A stretch of 63,963 nt of DNA, filler included, from Choristocarpus tenellus KU-1152 (taxonomy: Eukaryota; Protista; Phaeophyceae): NCBI GenBank assembly GCA_964200185.2. It is 11 parts of 11 records of this genome, joined end to end, with 100 filler letters (N's around TTAATTAATTAA, not from the genome) between each part and the next. Parts side by side here need not be neighbours in the genome. Positions count along the whole stretch, not along the records: positions 1 to 10,467 come from CAXNAD020002913.1; positions 10,568 to 14,995 come from CAXNAD020014596.1; 9 more parts are not named here. One strand, 5' to 3'. Shown piece after piece: positions 1 to 10,874 of the stretch. Every line of letters starts with the position of its first letter. Within the stretch, counting starts at the first letter, position 1. Position numbers and translations under genes: made by a program. The notes under the pieces are model-generated. The model made no database searches and was not told the origin of the DNA. It worked only from the letters and a program-made list of their open reading frames with translations.

Positions 1-74
1 GGGGGGTGGGGGGGAGGGTAGTGTCTGTCTACTCAAACCAAAACAATCCGTGCACTACACTGTCATTGAAAAAG

Positions 75-3000
75 GCCATTGGAGTGGAGCCCGATGAGCG
101 AGGCCTATTGCAGGTGAATGACTTTTACCAGACCTCTAGGCCAGATGTCTATGCATGTGGCGATGTGATTGGCTACCCGGCTCTGGCTTCCACTTCCATG
201 GAGCAGGGATTGCGAGCAGCTCATCACATGTGGGCTGATATGGTGAGAAGGAGGAGGAGGATTTACATAGGGATGTACAGGTGTGGGGGGGGGGTAAGGA
301 GGGGGTTACTGAAGAAAAAAAAAAGATATCGTGGAGGCGGTATGTATGATATTTTATACTGTAAAAAGGAGGAGCTTAGTATTGTTATTATTATTATTGT
401 TTTTGTTTTTGTTTCTTCTCTTAGATTTTGCTTGCAAGGAAAATGAAAGGAAAGCATTGAGGGTAAGAGTAGCATATTCTGGTTGGGTTTTTTTAATGCC
501 TTGGGAATGGGGAGGCAAAGGCGAGGGGGAGGGGAGGAATGGATGTTAGTAGAGGATACGCACCAAAAACGTTTGTGGTCCACCTTCACTCACTTGATGT
601 CTTGAGAAATCAGTACCGTGGTTGAAAGTACGAGGGGAACCACTGCACTTGATTACCCAATATACTCTCCACCAGGTCCTCATCTTAATTGCAGCAGATG
701 AAGGTAGAATATAAATGTTTTTGCAAGGATGGAGTTCATAGAGATTTTTGGACAGTTTGATAAGGTGTCGAGTGCAGCGACATGCTCATGGTATGAGATG
801 AGAAGTTGTAAATTCTTCAGATATATATATATATATATTATTCTTTAGAATTAATGCCTAAGCTAAAATATCCTATTTGAGAAAAAAAAAAATGTTGAGG
901 AAAGAGTAGATGTCGAAGCGACTGCTAGGATGCTATTGTATTGTGTGTGTGTGTGTGTGTAAGTCTGATCTCGAGACATACATGGTACATGGATGTGTTG
1001 CACAACACAAATTATGATTGTCAGGGAGGGAATGAGATGCGAAGGGTTAGGGCTAGGGATTTTGCTTCAGAGCTTTTTCTTTTTTTTTAGGTTTGTTTGA
1101 TATATAGTTTGCAAGAGTTATATTTTTTTCCTGTCTTGGTTGTGTACAGACACTAATGTGTGAATCAAGTGGCAGAGTTATATGGTCATGTTGTGGAGTC
1201 GTGCGCTGTTGTTGAGATTAAGTAGCCCTGTCGGTGCCGATGGTCTGTGGTTTTTGTAGAGAGCGTTGGAAGGATTCTTTTTGTTTTGACGTTTCCTGGA
1301 GTGTCTGTTACTGTCCATTGGTATCGTAGCTCTAGAGAGAGAGATTGGTGGGGGGTTTTGTGGAATGTGTCTTGTCCATGACCAATGAAAATGACTGGGT
1401 ACTTAATGTGGCCTATCCAATCATTACTCCCTTTTCTCTGACTCCCCCATACCCCCCTCACCGCCCAAACACAGAACTCAGTTTATACTTCGATGGAAAA
1501 CTCTGCGGAGGCTTTATCTGTTAGTGTCAAGGCCGGTATGTCTGTGGACGCCTCCAGCAACAGGTGACATTCAGGGTTAGGGTAAGATTCTCTTTGTCTA
1601 AGACTGGGGCTGGGATTACTCGTGCCTGAGTACCATGGGAACTTGAGCATTTTATATTTCTATACAGCTGGCAAGATAAGTACTCCGGAGAGAGCTATTG
1701 AGAGTAATAGCGTACCGTTTTCGGTGAATGTTCTTCATACCGTGTACCTCTAGCTGATGCTGTAATAATACAATTTAGTTGGATTTGCACTGTTCACGCC
1801 TGCTCCCAGCGCTCCAGTGTGATCAATGTTAATGCAGTGGTTGTAAATACACTACCCTTGACCAAAGAGGTTTTCCTGTCTCGCCTATCCAGTTTTTGTA
1901 GTTATTTTATTGCATCTGGCTTCTGTCATATTTTTGTAGGTACTTAGAAGCTTGCTGCCTGCCCTGCTGAGTAAGTTTGGCTGCAGTTTGGCTGCAGCTG
2001 AGAGGTGCGTAGCCTAGACTATATATTATTGGGTGCTTCCTGTGCTGCTAGTGTGTTGGCTTCTAACAAGTTTGAGATTGTAGAAAGGGGTTGGTCATAC
2101 CTTGTCCGTCAGGCCTCAACATGGAAACTTCTTGATTGGCAATCAAGAGTCAAAGAAGTCGGTTACAAGTCTGGCAGAACAGCTGAGTCTAATTTGATGT
2201 TGGAGGGTTTCCCTGGGATTTCCTGTCCCCCTTCCATGTAGTAGGTTCCCTTTACAGAATGAATCACTGTATTCACAGCAGTAGGCAATGTTAGAGTTGT
2301 TGGGATGCTGAAGGAACACCACCTGGGCCTTGGGAATTCTCGACACTTCCACTTGCACTATCTTTTCCAAATCCCAAATTCCAATCTCCTTCCTCCCCCC
2401 CCCTCCCCAACTCCATGCCCTTGCCCCTGCATCTCTGTGGTACCACATAGTAGCAGTGACACTGACGCTGGAACCCAGAGTGACAGTGATAGTGATAAGG
2501 AGGAGGGAGCTGTGGACTTGTCTACTAGGGAAGGCACAGCACTGGTGAGAGGCAAAGGGCAATCTCAAGCAGAAGGGTACTTTGATGGTCATTGGGTAGG
2601 ACACTATTCTGACTGGAGTACTCTGTTAGGCATCATGGGAAACAAGTTAGGTACTGCGTCCACTCAAGTGTAAATATCTAGATACAATTTCCTTCTGTGG
2701 CAGGGGATACATACAGTGATACTGGTCTTCCTTTCTGTACAAACTCACGCATTAAGACTGTTTCGTTATCACTGTAGTACCAGGCACTCCTGCTCTATGA
2801 ATGACTTGTTGCAGGCAGGGTATATGCATCAGTACAGGCAAGGAAGTTGGCGCACTCGACTACAGCACGGAGTATTTTTAGTGTCTAGGCCAGCCGCTCG
2901 TTCACTTCGCCACACCCCTGTCCCTGAGTGACCCCCTCCTCCCTGTTGCAGCTTGCTCGTTTCCATTTCGCTTTTGAATGGGCTTATTTTCTGTCGCTCC

Positions 3001-4341
3001 CCCTGGCGGTGCCTGCTGGAATGCCTAGCAAACCGCCAATTTGTCATGATTAAAACATCATTGTACGTATGTTTGTCAACAGCAGATTGACGAGGAGGAG
3101 GAGGAGGACGGGGAGGAAAATAACTTAGAGGGAGAGTCAGCCACATTGACAAGTGTAGCACCGACATCAGTATCAGGCGCTGAAGATTCAAGAAGTTCTA
3201 CTTTGGTCACTAGTACAGAAGAAGGCGAGGAATCAAACCCGGCGCCCTTCCCCACGGCCCCGCCTCTACCCCCACCGGTGGAAATAAAGAAAAAGAAGAA
3301 GCCTTTCCCATTTGGAATTCCGGACGCACCTGTAGGCCGCTCGTCAGAGAACCTTTTCCCCTATGGCATCTACACCATCCCAGCGATCTCCATGATTGGG
3401 AAGACCGAGGCATCTCTTACAAGAGAGGGTGTGAGCTATGAGGTCGGGGTGGCGCACTACCGTGAGGTGGGTGTGGAACGGTATTGATTTACGCTCAGTG
3501 TTCTGTAGTCAGTGTCGTGCAATGCACAGGGCGGTGGGGCTTGGAGGAGGTTCAAAAAAGGGGGGGCGTTTTTTTCCCTTGCAATGGGACTGCGGTGTTG
3601 ATTGAGTGAAACGGGTCGGAACGGCACAATAGGCACGTGGAGAGGGTGATCTGAGTTAGGTGTGGGCGTGTGTGTGCGTACTAATCTCCTGAACAACTGG
3701 TTCGGTGTTTTCTGGTCCTTGCTGGGTCAGGGCTTGCTTACCGCCAATGGTCGCTCTGGATTCCCACCAAATAACTTATTTTTTTAACTATTCTTAATAG
3801 TTGCGAAAGTGCATGTATCTGGTGAAAAAGACGTATGTGTACGATCGGACTTCCGTACCTCTCCGTTACTCTAATTATCTCGCTCCTCCCTGACCCCGCC
3901 CCCACACTGCCGCCCCCCACGTTCATTTTGGGCCTCCCTGTCACTATCTGTTGTTGTTGCTGTGCTCTTCATCAGCTGGCGAAGGGTCAAATGCTCGGAG
4001 GTGTGGACGGTTTTTTGAAGCTGATTTTTGACGTTAACACACTGAAGCTCTTGGGAGTGCACGCTTTTGGAGAGGGGGCCACAGAGATCATTCACATTGG
4101 GCAGGTGTGTAGGTGTTAGTAAGCCTCTACTCTCACCACCTGATGGCATCCCCTCGTTGTTGGGGGAATAGATGCAGAATGATTGGTTATCGAGAAACAG
4201 ATCGTGCCGTGTAAGTATGGAATTGGTGTTGTCGTATAGAGATGTTTGTTTGTACACCTTGGTTGTCAGTTTATTTGCGATTTGGTTTTGCTGTTAGGAT
4301 TGGAATAGCTACGATACTTGTGTTCTGTTTGCACAGCTCTC

Positions 4342-4373
<32 letters not shown>

Positions 4374-4682
4374 CCTCATATGCATACATACAGTACATAC
4401 TATGCAGGCAGTACACGTGCATATACCCATATGTCCTCCAGGCATGTGCACCATTGCTACTTTTTTTGCATGCACTCTGAAACGCATGGTACCCAATAAT
4501 ATCGTGTGAACAGTTATTCATACCCCCCCCCTGTGCCTGCTTGGCTGCCTCTGATGTAGGTGGTGATGAGTCAGGGGGGCACTATCAAGTACTTCCACAC
4601 AGCTGTCTTCAACTATCCCACCCTGGCTGAGGCATACAATGTTGCAGCCAGGGATGGACTTAGAAAAGTTGGCACGATTTAG
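75..4682 (+). CDS. sthA: Soluble pyridine nucleotide transhydrogenase (SthA/UdhA-like flavoprotein), 3' part of a spliced gene
   Basis: Phase-compatible GT-AG exons 75-242, 1475-1563, 2451-2544, 3086(or 3083)-3466, 3976-4104 and 4560-4682 (stop). They translate to ...[27 protein letters not shown]...[insert]...[19 protein letters not shown]...LAKGQMLG...[79 protein letters not shown] and FNYPTxAEAY are SthA hallmarks. The 5' part lies outside the window. Confidence 0.9.
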
Positions 4683-6254
4683 TTTCTACTATGGTCTTGA
4701 GACGGTAGTTGTATAGGATGGATTTGTCGAACTAACACAAGAATAGGGCACATACTCAGCACACAGTACCGCAACTTGTACCATCCCTCTTACGTGGGTA
4801 TTATTTCCACGATGTTTTGGGACCATCTGTGGTTACCTCGAACAAAAACATAATCTCGAAAAGAAAGGTAGACTTTTAAGAAATCATATATTTCCAGTTC
4901 AATACCTAGACAAAAAGGTGCATCTATCCTCAGGAAAAAGTAATTTATATTGAGCCTGTATTACTGTACAAATTGGCAGTGCGTTCTTGCTTGGCATGTA
5001 TCGTGTAGAACTGACTGTTGTAGTACTGAATAGTTGTTGCAGACCAGGAAATGTTATTCGCTGCTGTTGATTGTTTGACTGTGTTATGCTCGAGTACTAT
5101 GTTAATTGAAGTTTTACGTAGTAGGCCCCTGGCGATTGTCCCATTTTTCATTTGTGCTTTTTTTTATATATCCCTTCTATACTTCTAGTATTTCAATGGG
5201 TAGGGTCAAATGTTAACACAATGCAAAACATGTACACATAAAAACACAGTCCAAACAGGTACAAGAATAATATATAATATTGTAATATATACAAAAAGAT
5301 TACACTAACGCTGGATGGACGATCTGCATGTTTTCAGATGTTCCGTTTTGTACTGCAAGAACTATGTGTTGCATGTAGAGAAAGCCAACCACGTGAAACA
5401 AAGTTTGTTTTGGTTATAATATGTAGGGTATCTACTCAAGGGAGACTTCGCACAAAAACTAGGATAAAAAAAAAATGATTTTGGCCCCAACTATCAATAA
5501 CAAAGCGGAGATCCTCACTTTTTCCCAATGAAAAATTGGTGGGTCAGTGGGACTACTGTGTAGGATGAAGTTGAAATCAATTGTGGTAAAAGAATTAGGA
5601 AGCAATGAGGATGAATACCGAAAAATATCGTCAATGGTTTCTTGCATAGTCATTCATACACCATGATGCCTTTACTATAATAGTACAATATCGATTTTTT
5701 TTTTTTTAAATGAATCAAATCTGCAACAACAGATGCATTGCAGAACAGTATTGATGTAGTCGTCCTGTTCATGCATGCATGGTTATGAATGTGATTCTAC
5801 TATTTGCCTCCTTCTGTGCATGGACTGATGATAAATATATTGAATTACTTGGTACCTACAGCTTTTGATGTCCTCACATCCTTGATCACGCAAAAATAGT
5901 TAGGGGTCATTGGATTGCTATGACAGGTGGTTTTGCCGGATATTGTACTAGTAGTATGGACTAAACGTTTATGCTTACCAGCCAGTTAAGCAAACAAAAG
6001 TCTTCGAAACTGTAAATGGAAATGTTAGGTCATGATTTCTGACGTGTATATTGCACTCATTTTATTGCACCAATTAATTGGTGATAGCTCACAACACGTT
6101 TCTTTGATTCATTATTTTGATGGTTGTTGTATGCCTTCCAGTTTCGGACAAAATATTTCCACCCAATCTTTTCTATAAAAAAAGAAAAGAATCAGGAATT
6201 TACACAAGAAGACTGGGTCAACTTGAGAGGGTTTATAGCCAGGAGGACATGTAT

Positions 6255-7953
6255 TCAGGACCGGTCCAGGACCATCATAGGGCATAACCGAACCGGCCCC
6301 GGACCGCTTGCGTGAGATGCCTTCACTGGGGCCATAGAGGTTGTAAACCGAACGGAGGTGCAGGGTGGCTGGGGTGAATTGTATCTCAACATAGCTGATC
6401 CAAGGCCAGTGGAGAGTATATCGAGACCGTGCCATGGCCAACCTCTGCTTCGGACAAAGTGCAATAGGGATGCTTCCTCATATTGCATGTATTTGGTTCT
6501 GTCTCCACTTGATACGGCAGATGAGGTTCCGTTGTTGCCTTCCTTTGATCAGGCCATCATCTCAATGAGGGTATGTTGCATTTTTTCTCTTGATGCCGAG
6601 TTGGTTCGCCACCTATCTCGCATTGGACGTTATCTCCTTTTTCTGTGTCAAAGATCTTGAAGTATTTCAAGATAAGGAGACTATTCAGTCGCTTCCTCAA
6701 TCCTACCACGTCCAATATTATATTTTCTTATCTACCAAGAACACATTGATTCGATCATGAGCCAGACTTACTATATTCATGGTAGTTGCACCACTACTGG
6801 AAGATTGTTTGGCCTGAGGGACTTAAGGGAGGGATAAGAGAAGTTAATGAAGTGAATGTAGGTGGAGGTACAGGGGAAGAAGGAACGGTCAGTATTTAAA
6901 AGATTGCCGAGAGGGCTGGGGGTAAAAGATGAGGAGGGCGAGAACAAGACAACCTCCAAGCAAGCTCTCCCACCCACCCACCCCGTCGCTTGCTCACAAC
7001 CAACAATGTGGATGCTGGTCCCTCTCCAGAACTGAGTTGTTGAATAGGTCTTCATCAGTAGTAGGAGTAAGTTGTCAACCTGAACGAGGCCGGCTGTATC
7101 TTTGATGTGTCGTTAACAACACTATCGCTGTCATTCACGCTCTCACCATCGCTACTATTGCTGCCCAGTGCAAATGAGTCTTCAGTGCTCATTGTGCTCT
7201 GTACCTCTACCTCCAGCCCCTTATCCCCTTCACCCTTCGCGACTCAGCATGGCCAATGTATGGAGGGGGGAACCACTAATCACTCATCAACACACACAAA
7301 AAATATATATATTCTTCAACTTGACCTACATTCTACTCTATGTACTAGGGTTACCTTTTGAGTGAAAGTATCTTAGATGGTACAAGTTTTGCCCTATTTG
7401 TCCATTTTGGTACTTGGCTTCCCACGTTTCTTTTTATGACATTTTCCTACTCCAAAGTGTTTCCGAGTAGGGATCATATACGTTATGGAAAGGTTGTTCC
7501 GAAACAAGGATATTGACACTTCCTAACAAACACGTTAGCCAAAATTACATCAAAAATCAACATTGGATTTTGGTCCCCAAATGGACGCGGCCCTACCCTC
7601 TAAGATACTTTCGCTCTTTAACTTTCCACCCAAACTTGGCATAATCTGGTAGGGCTATTAAAATAAAATTCAAAATATTGTTCATCGGGAGGAACAGTCA
7701 AGGAGCATCAGAGAGAACAACAGGATCATAACGAAGGCTGACCCAGGTGATACAATGTTTGTCCTAACAAGGCCGAACCGGAATAATTAAGATCGTAAAC
7801 CGGGCTGGGCTACCGGCTGGCCTGGCTGAAACATGGTTTGGCAGGCCCAGACTGGAGTCATCAATATTGTAAACCAGACCAGACTGTAGCTGGGCACACA
7901 ACTGTGATCCAGCTGGAGGTCCAGTTTAACTGCCAGTGAGATGAAAAGCCCTG
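6255..7953 (-). mobile_element. Decayed hAT-like DNA transposon fragment with BED zinc-finger remnant
   Basis: Minus frame ~6690-6465 reads KYFKIFDTEKGDNVQCEI...KKCN...*...TCNMRKH, which is BED-like with one stop. A CAGGGCTTTTCA terminus lies at 7953-7942, and GC-rich (A/G)ACCGG motifs cluster at 6255-6310 and 7770-7830. Confidence 0.4.
7360..7616. mobile_element. MITE, PIF/Harbinger-like, family A
   Basis: TIRs GAGTGAAAGTATCTTAGA / TCTAAGATACTTTCGCTC, flanked by TTT on both sides. Related ends occur at 14956-14995 and 48367. Confidence 0.75.
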
Positions 7954-10081
7954 AAAGGAACAATGCCTGACGTCAAAACCTTTTTGGATATAGTAGGCAT
8001 GAACCGTAAATGTGAAAAAGTGTAAAAAAAATCTCTTAACTACTACGACTGCTATACTCCGATTGTAGTACTTTCTGGTAAATAATTAATTTAATTTGGG
8101 TTAGTAGGTGGAAAAAAAACAGATGCGAGGTATCCACTTGCCTGCCACTTGCTTTTTATTTGCTCGCTTCCCGGGCCGACAAGGAGGTGCTGACAGGCTT
8201 ACCAGTAAAGCCTTCTTCACAAGTGAACACAGTACTACAATACTATGATTAGTACTCCACAGTTGTGTTGTATACCGCAGTGAATAAATCCTCCCGAGCA
8301 GCTCAATAAAAAAAAAATAGTCCAGGGTTTGAATTCCCAAATGATTGAACAATTAAAGATATTTACAAGACCAATCAAGTGGCAGATAGACACAGCACAC
8401 AGCTAGCAGATTGGGGCATTGCTTAGCCTGTACCAAAAGAACTGAACCGTGTTGAGTGGCCCTCGACCTAGCCTTGTACAAACTGTCTTGGAAATGCAGG
8501 GGAATGAGAATAGCTGAACCTCGCTTTTGCAAACTTAGGAGAGTAACCTTCTCTTGAGCTACACAAACTGGCATGCCCTATAGCTCAGTGGATGGGCTCC
8601 TCCTGACTTTACATACACATGAATAAATAATATGGAATGCGGCCACATGCACACAAACACTAAGGTCACGAGTCAACAAGAAGGCAAGAGGATAGTTCAT
8701 TCCTAAGGAGTAATAGTACGTAATAGAACATTCAAACGATGTCATCAAACATATAAATATTATAGTATACCTACAATAATTCAACATTCATTATGTTAAA
8801 TCGTTGATCTAATGGTGTTCTGGCATTCCAATACTAACTATTCAACATACGCAGGCAACACGAGAAGACAAGGGCAAGGCTTACTTGCAACCAGTCATTG
8901 GTCTCACACACGAACACCTAACACCCTTGTTCGAAGCTACAATTTATATATATATTAAAAGAGTCCGTGGAACAGCCGATTTCAAAAATTGAGGATGGAG
9001 CTTTTCATTGAGGATGGGCTTGACCCAAAATTGACTGGGATAAAGTGTCGATATGTTTTTTTTTAATATATATAACTACAGTTGACTTGTGGGGGACTTC
9101 CTAAACTTTTAGGTGAACCAAATTTTTCCAAATTTTGATGAAAAAAAGAGGCATGTTTCAAGAGGATCGAAAAACGAAAAGCGCCGAGCACCATCAAGTC
9201 AAAACAAGGGAGGGAAAGAAGAGATCCTTACCTTTTATCAGTACTTATATTTGAAGAATTGGCTGAAATTATCGAACAACAGCCAACCTTTAATTCACTC
9301 TTCTTGGAAATGTCCCTTGCGCTTCCACTGTAGGAAAAACATCTGCACCACTTAGTACACAGTAGTAGCACTCCATACTCGAATAGGGACCCACTAACAT
9401 ACATGTGTCAGTGTCCCTTCCAATGAAAAGCTTCTGTAAGGTGTACACCTCAACACCATCTAAACGCATATTTACAACACAAATATTTTCAACCAGATCC
9501 TTATTCTCCAACATGATCTATCAAATATCAAGTATATGTATCTGAAGCTCCTACAATCAATGACTGACCATATAATGCCTCGAAGTCAACATATATTTAC
9601 AGAGGTCCAAGACAGTGGAGAAGGGGAATATAAATAGGACTGAGGGGAAGTGATTTCAGGGTGTGGAGTGGTAGCCGAATTGCTACACAGCTACTCTTGT
9701 AGAAGCATATTCAAATCGGAAGGGATTATCTCTACATCACAGGTGAAGAAAGTCATTCATCTTGAGGCTCTTTCTTTCAAATTATGCACTCGAAATATAT
9801 AATTTATGAGACGACACATACAGAATTCTCCATTATCTTCTGGTGCGTGTGATGAGAGGTGGAAGGTCAACCACCTCACATAAAGAGGAAAAATGGAAAA
9901 ACAAAATCTTCACCAGTGTGTTGTGGATCGATGTTTGCTTGTTTGCTAGCAACATCGATGGACAGCTCATGTGCATACATACGCCCCAGCATCTCTTCAG
10001 CCCAATAGCCAATGTATTATATGCACTCTAATCCAATACTGTCAAAACATACGCTGAACATAGGAAGCACCACATCATCAC

Positions 10082-10295
10082 TTAGTAGCCCTTGCGATTA
10101 CGCTTTGGGGGATATGGACCCTTCAAGAGTAGGTCCCTCCAGCCCCCTAAAACTACCCATGCACAACCACAGCCACCTGCACCAAATAGGGCCATAGCGG
10201 ATGCTGACTGCCCCAAAGCAATCTGACCCGATGCTGCAATCAGGGTCAGAAATGTACCCACCACTGAGGATACTCGGCGTGCACGCTCAATTCCT
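10082..10295 (-). CDS. Probable terminal exon of a membrane protein (possibly UbiA-prenyltransferase-like C-terminus)
   Basis: Pyrimidine-rich CGCAG acceptor, then GIERARRVSSVVGTFLTLIAASGQIALGQSASAMALFGAGGCGCAWVVLGGWRDLLLK...* with two hydrophobic segments. The family guess is weak. Confidence 0.35.
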
Positions 10296-10378
10296 CTGCG
10301 AGTTGTGAGAAGTGGGGAGGGCAAAGGGGGGCCGGAGTTTATATATATATATATATATATATATGCTTATGTTAATGT

Positions 10379-10467
10379 ATGTGTGTGTATGTATGTATGT
10401 ATGTATGTATGTATGTATGTATGTATGTATGTATGTATGTATGTATGTATGTATGTATGTATGTATG
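10379..10467. repeat. (ATGT)n microsatellite at contig end
   Basis: Directly visible. Confidence 0.95.
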
Positions 10468-10567
10468 NNNNNNNNNNNNNNNNNNNNNNNNNNNNNNNNN
10501 NNNNNNNNNNNTTAATTAATTAANNNNNNNNNNNNNNNNNNNNNNNNNNNNNNNNNNNNNNNNNNNN
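10468..10567. other. Artificial contig linker (N44-TTAATTAATTAA-N44), first of ten
   Basis: Identical six-frame-stop linkers at 10468-10567, 14996-15095, 18913-19012, 25785-25884, 30361-30460, 37558-37657, 42085-42184, 48741-48840, 51977-52076 and 57353-57452. Confidence 0.99.
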
Positions 10568-10874
10568 CCCCCCAAGATACTTTGACCCGGTGGGGAGAAT
10601 ACAAAGCACCTAAATGCCACTTGACTCAATACATCATTCTATTAACACGACTATGTTGGACTTACCTACATGTTCTTGTTGCAGGTGGTAAAGAAATCCA
10701 CCTTCCCACCAGTCATAACTTCCAGGCATTTTATCGTCCAGTCACTCATGACCACAACCTTAGTGAGAGAATACATCGGGCACCCTGTAGCCAGAATCTC
10801 GTTGTCATGGTGCCTGACAAATATCATGTGCAAAATCCAACCTCAAATTATGGTGACTGGCTGACTTGCTCCAG

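Noticed and set aside
75-4682. Bacterial contaminant, or ordinary dihydrolipoamide dehydrogenase
   Set aside because: Five GT-AG introns with host-type microsatellites rule out a bacterial contig, and NYPT instead of HPT argues against LpdA.
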